From the IMG/VR virus record IMGVR_UViG_3300020034_000007, positions 11,924-75,923 of that record: DNA of 64,000 bases. The stretch is one strand, 5' to 3'. Origin of the DNA: a virus. Positions 38,796 to 47,106 of this stretch are shown here, piece by piece (position 1 is the first letter of the stretch; each line of letters starts with the position of its first letter). A program made the translations under genes and the position numbers. The notes under the pieces were generated by a model that searched no databases, was not told the DNA's origin, and saw only the letters and a list, made by a program, of their open reading frames with translations.

Positions 38796-38910
38796 TGCGC
38801 TGCTGATCTTTGGGTTGGTTGCCGCTAGCTCGGTGCACACCAACCCGGCTGATTGCCACGGTCCGCATGACTGTGGGTACTCAGACAACGGACACAACGG
38901 AGACAAGTAG
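38767..38910 (+). CDS. 47-aa signal-peptide-bearing micropeptide
   Basis: MKLLARLIASALLIFGLVAASS-VHTNPADCHGPHDCGYSDNGHNGDK. Confidence 0.5.
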   Translation: MKLLARLIASALLIFGLVAASSVHTNPADCHGPHDCGYSDNGHNGDK

Positions 38911-38943
38911 TACCCACGCACTGTACTAGAAGGATGAGCTACC

Positions 38944-39117
38944 ATGCCCACCATGACGCGCACACGTGCACCTAGGTACAAGGTGAAGAAGACTCACAGT
39001 ACCGGGACGATGAAGAAGCTCATGCGACAGGGCTGGACTCTTGAATCATCCATACCTGTGACCTTCCTGGGTATGACGACAGGCTACAATTACATCCTCA
39101 AGAAGGAGAAGCTGTGA
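38944..39117 (+). CDS. Small protein (DUF4177-like)
   Basis: LMRQGWTLESS...YNYILKKEK; GTGA coupling to the next gene. Confidence 0.6.
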   Translation: MPTMTRTRAPRYKVKKTHSTGTMKKLMRQGWTLESSIPVTFLGMTTGYNYILKKEKL

Positions 39118-39527
39118 CCGGCACCCCGTCTCGTAAGTCCCGACGCTTGGCCCGCCAGAAGTACAAAATCCGCAAGCAGTGCCAGGGTCAAACCCGTGGA
39201 CAGGTAGCGAAAGCGCTCAGGATGGTGACGCCACGCAAGCACCGGGCTGGTGCTGCCAGGCTATCAGCAGGAAACCAAATGCGCGGGCCACAGGATGCGG
39301 CCGAGCAGCTGCTGGCCGAGATCTTTGATCCGGCGTACCCGACAGGTCAGGCTGTACAACGCGGACCTCTAACGCCTGCGTACGAGATTGTCACAGTCAC
39401 GCCTTCGCGCCACGAGGTGCGACTCGGTGATCAGACGCTCAGCTGGCACCGTACCTTCGCCAAGGCCGACGAGGTGCGCGAGCGTAACGAGGAGCTCGAT
39501 GTCGAGGCGATGAGCCGGCGTGCCTGA
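39114..39527 (+). CDS. Hypothetical basic protein
   Basis: 137 aa, coupled start. Confidence 0.65.
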   Translation: MTGTPSRKSRRLARQKYKIRKQCQGQTRGQVAKALRMVTPRKHRAGAARLSAGNQMRGPQDAAEQLLAEIFDPAYPTGQAVQRGPLTPAYEIVTVTPSRHEVRLGDQTLSWHRTFAKADEVRERNEELDVEAMSRRA

Positions 39528-39777
39528 GCTGCCAGAACCGCCAGCCTGTCCATACGGCTATACCAAAGAGCAGATCGAGCGTATCGTCGGCAGTGCACGG
39601 CTGGAGGAATTCAATCTCTGGATGACCGGCCAGACCATGACACTGTGCGAAGGCCGCTCGTATAACCACGAGAAGCGCGAGTACGTGGAAAATGCCTGTG
39701 CTAATGACCCTCATGGTGCGGTCGTCTACACGCACGATCTCAGACGCTTCGTGGCAGGACTTCCTGTCATCGACTAG
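39520..39777 (+). CDS. Actinophage-type hypothetical protein
   Basis: CPYGYT...WMTGQTMTLC...HGAVVYTHD. Confidence 0.75.
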   Translation: MPELPEPPACPYGYTKEQIERIVGSARLEEFNLWMTGQTMTLCEGRSYNHEKREYVENACANDPHGAVVYTHDLRRFVAGLPVID

Positions 39778-39940
39778 CGTACATCACACACGTTCACCTC
39801 ACAAGATCAACCGGTAAACACAATTCATACAAGTGCCGAGTTGCGCTGTGCAGGTGAGCCATGGTAGTCTGGTGCTACCGAAAACGAACGGCCATCCGGC
39901 AATTCGTCTGCAACGCCTAACAATGTCTGGGAGGACAATC

Positions 39941-40846
39941 ATGGCGACGCGTTCAAAGGCCCCGGCTGCCAAGCCCGAGGCCACCCCGGCTCCCTCGACG
40001 GAGTCGAGCACCACCGAGACCAAGGCTCCGGCCGAGGCCCCGAACATCACAGCCCTGGTCGCTCTCGCGGAGGGTGTCGTCGCTCAGGACGAGACCAACC
40101 GTGACTTCACCGAGCTGACGAAGGCCTACCAGGATGCCGACCGGCGCCAGAAGGCGGCCTTCACCAAGCACATCAACGACGCAATGGTCGTTGCCCTGCA
40201 GGAGAAGCAGGATCGCAACCTGGCGCTGGCGTACGTGGCCATCGGTGGGGCTGTCAAGACGAAGCCAGCCACCGAGCGCAAGGCCCGCGAGCCTCGTCCC
40301 CCGGCGAATCCCACCGAGACTCTGGTGGATCGCCTGGCCGGTCTGTTCCTGGCCTACGAGACGGCGGCCGCGACCGACCTTCCCGAGAACCTCGACGCTG
40401 ACTGGGCTGACAAGCTCCAGGCGAAGCTCACCGAGGTGCGCAACAGCGGGGACATCGCGAAGCTGGTTGCCTACCGCAACAACGAGGCCGGAGACAAGGG
40501 CGAAGCGCCCGAGGTGTCCGAGGTCGCTGGTCGCGCGGTTCGCCTCGCGTTCCAGGGTGGCAAGACCAGGACCTCCAGTGGCGGCGGCGGGGGTGGACGT
40601 TCAGGTGCAGTCTACGACGGCCCGCGTCGGTCTGTCACGGTCCACATCCTGAACGCCTTCGAGGGCAAGCCGTCCGGTACGTTCCTGTCGGTCAGCGAGA
40701 TTCGCAACCACAAGAGCGCCGAGTACGGCGAGGATGCCCCCTCGGCCGGTGCAGTCAGCGCCGCGCTGAACGGGAAGTCGGTTCCGGATGCCCTGGTCGT
40801 CGGCAAGGGTGGAGAGAAGCAGACGTTCGGCGCCACACTCAAGTAA
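39941..40846 (+). CDS. High-GC putative DNA-binding protein with C-terminal winged helix
   Basis: 301 aa from ATG 39941 (SD ggagg); strongly GC3-biased codons; PSAGAVSAAL motif. Confidence 0.75.
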   Translation: MATRSKAPAAKPEATPAPSTESSTTETKAPAEAPNITALVALAEGVVAQDETNRDFTELTKAYQDADRRQKAAFTKHINDAMVVALQEKQDRNLALAYVAIGGAVKTKPATERKAREPRPPANPTETLVDRLAGLFLAYETAAATDLPENLDADWADKLQAKLTEVRNSGDIAKLVAYRNNEAGDKGEAPEVSEVAGRAVRLAFQGGKTRTSSGGGGGGRSGAVYDGPRRSVTVHILNAFEGKPSGTFLSVSEIRNHKSAEYGEDAPSAGAVSAALNGKSVPDALVVGKGGEKQTFGATLK

Positions 40847-40858
40847 CCAGTAAGGTCT

Positions 40859-40908
40859 GAGTTGACAACGTCGGTTATTCGTGATTGGATGACCGACGTT
40901 GTTAGCTT
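40859..40908 (+). terminator. Long GU-containing hairpin after the high-GC gene
   Basis: gagttgacaacgtcggtta / tgaccgacgttgttagctt. Confidence 0.6.
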
Positions 40909-40957
40909 CGGCTGGCAACCAAGAGCGGACCTTGACAACTTCATGTGTGAGCGTCGT

Positions 40958-41183
40958 GGCTAGTCACCCTTATCTCCCCCGAGTGAGAGTGACTAGCCTC
41001 AATGTTACACAGACTGGCTCAGTCGCCGATAAGTCCTAGGCTTGCTCGCCGGGATACGTACAGTCCTTTCCGTATCTGTGTCGCGAACATAGGCGGCTGA
41101 GTTAGAAACTTACCCAGGTACTCACATCCTATTGCCTAATATGCAGTCGGTCCAGCCGGTCCAGCCGGTGAGTACCTGGGTAA
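40958..41183 (+). ncRNA. Candidate structured RNA(s), hairpin series
   Basis: Stems 40958-67/40989-98, 41014-27/41092-105 (GU pairs) and 41110-25/41168-83. Confidence 0.4.
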
Positions 41184-41348
41184 CTAACGGCTCAGGACTC
41201 GATATACTGCAGGCCTCAAAACCTACAGGCATGCGAGATAGAGTACTACTACTAGGGCTAGGGCCTGAACGTAGAACGAAAACGTCCCCTAGGGCGCCTG
41301 GGCGTTACACTCGATCGAGGAGCCTGGCCGTTCTGTCCGATCGAGAGA

Positions 41349-41436
41349 CGTGCACATTCTGATAACGGCGAAGGTGTCTAATACACCCGTTGCGTACGGC
41401 GCCTAGAGAACAGCTGGTGCGAGTCCAGCGTGCACC
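41349..41436 (+). ncRNA. Atypical tRNA-like element
   Basis: T-arm gctgg-tgcgagt-ccagc and acceptor-like cgtgcac/gtgcacc, but no canonical anticodon arm. Confidence 0.35.
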
Positions 41437-41439
41437 TAA

Positions 41440-41512
41440 TCCCGGTTAGCTCAATAGGCAGAGCAGATGATTGTTAATCATCAGGTTCCTGGTTCGAGTC
41501 CAGGGCTGGGAG
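41440..41512 (+). tRNA. tRNA-Asn(GTT)
   Basis: Full cloverleaf: tcccggt/gctggga, D gctc/gagc, anticodon gatga-ttGTTaa-tcatc, T cctgg-ttcgagt-ccagg; CCA not encoded. Confidence 0.95.
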
Positions 41513-41519
41513 CGCTACA

Positions 41520-42250
41520 CATCCAGGCATGCTAGCTAAGTCCTGGTGAGGCCGGTGGGAAATGAGGGTAGGCATACCGACTCCCCCGCTGAGCCTGCAG
41601 AGTAATCGGGCTGCAGGAGGGTTGACCCGCAAGGGCAGCCGCCCCGGTCAAGGTCGGGGATGCAATACGACGAGGCAGTCACAATAGGTCCACATCCTGA
41701 ATTGTGCCGTCGTTACTGATCCTAAGATGTGGTATAAAGTTGCGTAGGGCTGGTCTGAATCAGTAAGCCTTGTATCAGTACAAGGAATTCAGACCAGCCC
41801 TACCAATTCCAGCTACTAGCTGAAGCTGGATACCTGCGTTCTAACCCTATTTCCTCTGGAGTAGGCTTGGTCCGCTCGCGCGGGTATCCAGCTTCAGGTG
41901 GTAGCTGTTCTGCTTCCATCGAAATAACCACTGCATGTGCGAGGGTGTAACCTCGCTGGGTAGGTGGGTGGGCAGTCGTCCGTTGGGCTGGGAGCTTTTC
42001 CTGTAATGGGAACCAGTACCAGCTGCCCTGTGAAATGGCACGACGGGAGGTACAAATGCGCCTGCTCTGGAGGAGAAACAGAAACCGTAATGCTCGACAG
42101 CCGTGAGGCCTTGGGAGTGCTACGGTGGACCGGGTAAGCCCTGCGGGGAATCCCCTCTTTCTGGCGTAGGATCAAAAGCTCACGGACAGTGTAATCGCAA
42201 GTGCCGGTACCATGCCCGGCTGGCTTCCCGTCGTGTTCCCACGAATCAGT
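41520..42250 (+). ncRNA. Candidate large structured ncRNA downstream of tRNA-Asn
   Basis: Continuous stems including 17-bp and 15-bp perfect helices, GNRA loops and a long-range pair 42039-48/42226-35; no credible ORF. Confidence 0.5.
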
Positions 42251-42283
42251 CCGCTACAACAAGGAGAGAGTTAAGGAGCTATC

Positions 42284-42352
42284 ATGCCGAACCTGCTATA
42301 CGTTCTGGTATGCGTCTTGGTTATCGTTGTTATCCTAGTGATAGTCTTCTAA
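42284..42352 (+). CDS. 22-aa single-TM hydrophobic micropeptide
   Basis: MPNLLYVLVCVLVIVVILVIVF; strong SD taaggag with a second aaggag upstream. Confidence 0.65.
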   Translation: MPNLLYVLVCVLVIVVILVIVF

Positions 42353-42421
42353 GGTAAGCAGCAGAATCACAAATGCGCGCGTCACCCCGTGCGTCCAGAT
42401 GCTTGAAAGGATGGAGACACG

Positions 42422-42739
42422 GTGGCGTACGCACTACTCTGGTTCATTCCTCTATGTGAGATCTGGCTGGTTAAGCGTTATAAGCAATACCGCAAGGCTC
42501 GCCTGTTGCATGAGCTCGCTCGCGACAGACTCGAAGCTCTAGCCTGGTATAACTGGAAGTGCCGCTTCAGGCACGGCACAACAGTCTTTGAACAAGAGCA
42601 GACCGTAGACCTCAAGACTCGTGGCTATCTTCGTGCCCTGGATGGCCTACGCCGCAAACTCACTGCTGGTGAAATCACATCGCGTGAGTATAAGTTCCTG
42701 CGGCTGGATATCCTGAAGAGCCGGTCTGCCGCACGCTAA
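42422..42739 (+). CDS. Membrane-anchored hypothetical protein
   Basis: Hydrophobic N-terminus; SD ggaga. Confidence 0.6.
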   Translation: MAYALLWFIPLCEIWLVKRYKQYRKARLLHELARDRLEALAWYNWKCRFRHGTTVFEQEQTVDLKTRGYLRALDGLRRKLTAGEITSREYKFLRLDILKSRSAAR

Positions 42740-42760
42740 GTCACCCATTAGGACATCTGT

Positions 42761-42789
42761 TTGACATGTAACTACTATGGTGCTATACT
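42761..42789 (+). promoter_or_regulatory. sigma70-type promoter
   Basis: TTGACA-17-TATACT, extended TG. Confidence 0.8.
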
Positions 42790-42817
42790 AGCGCCTAAGC
42801 CTACTCTGGGGAGAGTA

Positions 42818-43279
42818 ATGACAGTCATGACATACCCTCGACGCGAATTACAACAGCTAGACGAGGCAATGCTGCTCTCTATACCTGAGGGTAGGTATGC
42901 CTGGCAGCCCGATTCGGAAACACCTCTGACGTTCATCTGGATCAGGGATTACACCTTCGGCAAGCGTCTCGGCTCGCGTCGCATACGCACCCAGCACGGG
43001 CCCTGGTTTGAGGATGCGCTCACTCGTCAGGTTAGCGGCAAAATCACTATCTGGGACAGCGAGATCGAGAACGTCCTAGTAGGTGTGTTCTGCGGTCGCA
43101 ACGAGGCTGCAATGAGATACGCCACCGAGCTAGGCAACTGTTGCCGCTGCAATGCCGACCTCACCCTGGAGCGTTCTAGATTCTACGGCATCGGCCCAGA
43201 GTGTGAGGAGCTCCGTCCTGACTACATGGACGATGTGATCCTCCTGAAGGGTACCTACGAGGAGAGTCTACAGTCATGA
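42818..43279 (+). CDS. DUF6011-domain protein
   Basis: CCRCNADLTLERSRFYGIGPEC. Confidence 0.8.
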   Translation: MTVMTYPRRELQQLDEAMLLSIPEGRYAWQPDSETPLTFIWIRDYTFGKRLGSRRIRTQHGPWFEDALTRQVSGKITIWDSEIENVLVGVFCGRNEAAMRYATELGNCCRCNADLTLERSRFYGIGPECEELRPDYMDDVILLKGTYEESLQS

Positions 43280-43554
43280 CGGGGGACGTGCGTAAGGTTA
43301 CAACCATCGCTCTTAAAGAGCTCATCCGCAAGGACCCCTTGTGCGCACTTTACAGGAAACAAGACTCACTCGACCCAGCAGGTATCCATCTGATAATGAT
43401 GGCACTACCGATGGTCAACGTCGAGAACGTACGACAGATAGTAGTGGATCGAGTCGAAGTATTCGCCAAGATGACCAATACAGAGGCACCCTCAACGTTC
43501 ATGATGGAGATTCCTCACCACTCGTACGAAAGTCTCCCCCGCGCCGTCACGTAA
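43276..43554 (+). CDS. Hypothetical protein
   Basis: ATGA coupling. Confidence 0.65.
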   Translation: MTGDVRKVTTIALKELIRKDPLCALYRKQDSLDPAGIHLIMMALPMVNVENVRQIVVDRVEVFAKMTNTEAPSTFMMEIPHHSYESLPRAVT

Positions 43555-43717
43555 GATGTAGAGCAACGGTCACACTCGGGAGTGCTATCTATACCTGTGT
43601 GGCATACAACCGACACAGCAAGCACAAGATCTTCGTACCTACTCAGGCTACTGATCGCGCTGGTCATCACCTTTCGGTTAAGGCCTGGGTGTATTGGCAG
43701 ACACACAAGGAGCTGTA

Positions 43718-44119
43718 ATGGTCCAATTCGTTAACGAGCCACCGAAACGCGCTCGTATGGCCGGCGAACCTGCCTACGCGGAGGTTGCCGAAGAGCTCGT
43801 CGAGCGTCCCGGTGAATGGGCCTTAGCTATCCCTGATGCCAGCCAAGCTACGGGTGGGCAGATCAGGCGTGGAGACTATCGAGCTTTCAGGCCTGTAAAG
43901 GATTGGGAGATTACTCAACGCAAGAATATGTCTGGGCTCTATGATATCTACATCCGGTACGTAGGTCACGAGATGGCCAGATTAGGATTTGGGAATGACA
44001 AGCCACCAGTCGCTCCGAGCTCAACTTTCCCACCAGATGTCATCCCCGAGCCGATCAAACCCCTCATCGCACCGGATCTCATTCCCGAGGCGCAGGAAGA
44101 TGGGCCCGTCGAGGAATAA
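43718..44119 (+). CDS. Hypothetical protein
   Basis: SD aaggag; ELVERPGEWA motif common in actinophages. Confidence 0.7.
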   Translation: MVQFVNEPPKRARMAGEPAYAEVAEELVERPGEWALAIPDASQATGGQIRRGDYRAFRPVKDWEITQRKNMSGLYDIYIRYVGHEMARLGFGNDKPPVAPSSTFPPDVIPEPIKPLIAPDLIPEAQEDGPVEE

Positions 44120-44555
44120 CTGGTACCTGTTACTAGGGGCCTTTGTTTTGGGTATCATCGCTGCAGCTGTAATGGGATCAGCCTTCAAGGGTACCCGTAC
44201 AGTAACAAAGACGGTAACACTGCATGATAAGACGACCACTGTACAGCAGGTGCCCGGACCTACTCAGACTGTGCAAACGACTCGACCACTACCAACGGAG
44301 TGTGTAGATTACGCAACGATACTGAATCGGATGTTCGATCAGTTCACGGCGTTTGTGCACGCCTATGGTGGCGTACCCGATGAGCTTAAGGCTGCGGTAG
44401 TAGCCATCGGCGAGGGTAATGTGACAGCAATTAATGCAGTCACAGGTAACCTCAAGCCGATGAACGAGGCTGCAGTGCAAGCTGAGATCTTACTGCAGCA
44501 ATACATGCTGACAGCACAGAAGGATAAGAAGCAGTGTGATTCAGCACTGAAGTAA
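44100..44555 (+). CDS. Membrane-anchored exported protein
   Basis: N-terminal TM WYLLLGAFVLGIIAAAVM, Thr/Pro linker, two Cys. Confidence 0.65.
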   Translation: MGPSRNNWYLLLGAFVLGIIAAAVMGSAFKGTRTVTKTVTLHDKTTTVQQVPGPTQTVQTTRPLPTECVDYATILNRMFDQFTAFVHAYGGVPDELKAAVVAIGEGNVTAINAVTGNLKPMNEAAVQAEILLQQYMLTAQKDKKQCDSALK

Positions 44556-44576
44556 CTACTACCCTGGGGAGAAGAA

Positions 44577-44906
44577 ATGGGAGCATCGTCCACAAGACCA
44601 GCCGTTCTCGAATGGCTTCAGCGCCATGCCAACGAGCCACACTTCGTATCTGACATGGCGAAAGAACTTGAACTCACGGAGGATCAGGTTCGCTCGGCAG
44701 TGACGAACTCAATCCGTGAGAATACCGCTGGCGCTGGCAAGCAGCTAGAGGTTATGATTCGCGGACGTCAGTACATCTGGCACTCGAACAATGGAGCGGA
44801 CAGCAAGACGCTGTTCGAGCTGGTTCGCGAGCTCAAGAATGGCACCCTCCTTCTCGAGAGCGATACAGGCGAGCTTTACCAGGCATACCAGATCGTTACG
44901 GAGTGA
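44577..44906 (+). CDS. Winged-helix DNA-binding protein
   Basis: VLEWL...VSDMAKELELTEDQVRSAV. Confidence 0.7.
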   Translation: MGASSTRPAVLEWLQRHANEPHFVSDMAKELELTEDQVRSAVTNSIRENTAGAGKQLEVMIRGRQYIWHSNNGADSKTLFELVRELKNGTLLLESDTGELYQAYQIVTE

Positions 44907-44909
44907 GCC

Positions 44910-45071
44910 ATGGGCCGTAACCCGTTCAACGAGATGGAAGAGTATCTCGAGCGACAACGGCGGATAGCTGAACAGAATCGCATAGCCCGCGAGAAGAATG
45001 CGGAAGCTGGCAAACGATTCAGGGCAGGACAAAAGAAGAAGCAGAGGCAGCAGCCTAGAAAGAAAGGTTAG
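44910..45071 (+). CDS. Small charged helical protein (53 aa)
   Basis: Fills the gap between neighbours; SD ggag. Confidence 0.55.
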   Translation: MGRNPFNEMEEYLERQRRIAEQNRIAREKNAEAGKRFRAGQKKKQRQQPRKKG

Positions 45072-45073
45072 AA

Positions 45074-46657
45074 GTGGAGACCACCGAGAAGAAGTCTTGT
45101 GCGAATTGCCCCTCGCGCCTGACTGCTGTTCAGACCGTACGATTCTTCGGCAAGACGATCGGGGCAGATATGTGTGCCCAGTTTGGTACCGTCTTGTCAC
45201 GGCCAGGGTTGAACCGTAAGGCGCTCGATGGACTCCAAGAGCGTATCGCCCGCGACTGTAATAGTTATGGTCAGCCTGCCCCGACACTAGTAGCTCACAC
45301 CAAGGCCTTTGTTCCCAAGGTAGCCGAGCCCAGTGATGCCTACCCACCTTCCATTCAGGGTGACGGTACCCCCGGTGATATTCGTGTACGTGCTTGTACT
45401 CAGTGCAAGTGGTTTCTCACGCAGGAGAAGGTTGGCGAGAAATTCGGTTGGCAGTCTGGTCTATGTCAGGCTAAGGGCCAACTCGTCATGCCCCACCTCA
45501 CTGCCGAGACAGCACGCGGCTGTCAGCTGTCAACGCTGGGATCACCATCTGATCTTCACGTAGACCTTATCGACTTCTATACGCCTGACTACTACCACGT
45601 AGACATCTTCAAGAGCTACGGCGCTGGTGTTGATCATCCCCTGACCTACGTTACTGATGTTCCCGTGTCAGAAGAGGATACCGCCGAGGGTATCATGGCC
45701 TGGCGACGCATCGAAGATCCCAAGTCATCTAAGTTTGTCATGCTGCCGATCTACGAGCCCAGCCAGTTCAACGAGGCCGACAAGGGCAAGATCCCTCAGC
45801 CTGGCGATGACGAGCACCCTGAACTCTATCTGGATTACGGTAACAACGTGTACAAGGTGGCCGTTCTCTGGCGCGCACTCGACGAAACTCCCATGGCGTT
45901 CGGTCCGGCAGGAGTAGGTAAGACTGAATTAGCCCGCCACATGGCTTATTTGATGCAACTACCGTTCGAGCGGTTCAGCATCACAGAGTCAACCGAGGTT
46001 GACGACCTCATCGGCTACACTCGATACACACCCGAGAAGGGTACCTTCTTTCAGCGCGGTCGCTTGCCCCTCGCTTGGGAACGCAAGTGCGTCATGCTCA
46101 TTGACGAACCAAACACAGGACAGCCTGCAGTTTGGCAGGCACTCAGGCCACTGACAGATAATAGCAAGCAGTTAGTGCTAGATAGTTCCTCCGGGGAAAG
46201 GGTTGAGCGGTCTAGTCATACCTACCTGATGATGGCTGCTAACCCTGCCTGGGATCCTCGTAACGTTGGAGCCAATCAGATTGGGGATGCTGATAGCTCG
46301 CGACTGATGCATATTAGATTCAGTCTACCACCAGAGCTTCTCGAGAAGAAGATCATCGCCGCTCGAGTGGCACTGGATAACGATAGCTACAAACCGCCAC
46401 TCGATCAGATCATGGCGGTTGCTCGCGAATTGCGAGCACTGTCAGAACAAGGTACACTGCCGATCTCGTGGGGTATTCGTGTCCAGATCAAGGTTGCACG
46501 TGCCATGGCTTGGTTCTCTCCGGTCCAGGCGTACAAGCTCGCAACCGATGACCTGGAGCCGAGTGTCCAGTCGACAGTGCTTGACTCAGTCAAGGGACAC
46601 TTCGCCGACGATCGAGACGAGGATGATGATGACGACGTCAGAAAGCTTGACTACTAA
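45074..46657 (+). CDS. MoxR/CbbQ/CobS-like AAA+ ATPase with a Cys-rich N-terminus
   Basis: GPAGVGKT, LIDEPN and MAANP motifs. Confidence 0.9.
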   Translation: METTEKKSCANCPSRLTAVQTVRFFGKTIGADMCAQFGTVLSRPGLNRKALDGLQERIARDCNSYGQPAPTLVAHTKAFVPKVAEPSDAYPPSIQGDGTPGDIRVRACTQCKWFLTQEKVGEKFGWQSGLCQAKGQLVMPHLTAETARGCQLSTLGSPSDLHVDLIDFYTPDYYHVDIFKSYGAGVDHPLTYVTDVPVSEEDTAEGIMAWRRIEDPKSSKFVMLPIYEPSQFNEADKGKIPQPGDDEHPELYLDYGNNVYKVAVLWRALDETPMAFGPAGVGKTELARHMAYLMQLPFERFSITESTEVDDLIGYTRYTPEKGTFFQRGRLPLAWERKCVMLIDEPNTGQPAVWQALRPLTDNSKQLVLDSSSGERVERSSHTYLMMAANPAWDPRNVGANQIGDADSSRLMHIRFSLPPELLEKKIIAARVALDNDSYKPPLDQIMAVARELRALSEQGTLPISWGIRVQIKVARAMAWFSPVQAYKLATDDLEPSVQSTVLDSVKGHFADDRDEDDDDDVRKLDY

Positions 46658-46916
46658 TCGTAACCTGAATCCCAGTCAAGTAAAGGCTATTGAGTTCCTC
46701 AAGGCTATGTGGGGTGCAACGACAGAAGCTCTTCTAAGGAAGGAATACGCAGATCTACGTAACGTATATCCAGATGCACCCTATCGCTGGGTCTGTCCGT
46801 TCTGTGTCTATATTGGAAGAGACTGCTCGGTTATCGCCAGGACGGAAAGTTCACTTGAACTTCTGATTATCGTACACGAGTATCACGTCCATGGCATCAA
46901 AGACAAAGGAGTATAA
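46647..46916 (+). CDS. Hypothetical protein (C2H2-like)
   Basis: WVCPFC...HEYHVH; TTG start inferred. Confidence 0.5.
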   Translation: MTTNRNLNPSQVKAIEFLKAMWGATTEALLRKEYADLRNVYPDAPYRWVCPFCVYIGRDCSVIARTESSLELLIIVHEYHVHGIKDKGV

Positions 46917-47098
46917 TGCAGATCGCAATCTTCACCCGCATCAAGGTCGACGGAGAATTCCATGACTGGAGGTTTGGTGACTTCGTGGACTCTGACACCC
47001 GAGCCTACGACATCAAGTTGACCTGCGAGAAGGAGAACGGAACTGGATCATTCTTTATGACGTACATGCCGGAAGATATCATCGGACAGATGGGCTAG
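46916..47098 (+). CDS. Hypothetical protein
   Basis: TAATG coupling. Confidence 0.6.
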   Translation: MQIAIFTRIKVDGEFHDWRFGDFVDSDTRAYDIKLTCEKENGTGSFFMTYMPEDIIGQMG

Positions 47099-47106
47099 GA
47101 GGAACA

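Noticed and set aside
41183-41436. tmRNA (ggactcgat and gggcctgaac resemble tmRNA 5' ends)
   Set aside because: Neither pairs with the 3' acceptor strand, and there is no G3-U70, tag ORF or CCA.
41600-41660. SRP, RNase P or HDV-like (theta) ribozyme match
   Set aside because: The conserved cores (SRP symmetric loop, RNase P CR-I GAGGAAAGUCC, HDV nested pseudoknot) could not be found.
42097-42165. Group II intron domain V-like agccgtg...tacggt
   Set aside because: No GNRA-capped upper helix or clean AY bulge, no convincing domain VI, and no RT/maturase in the window.
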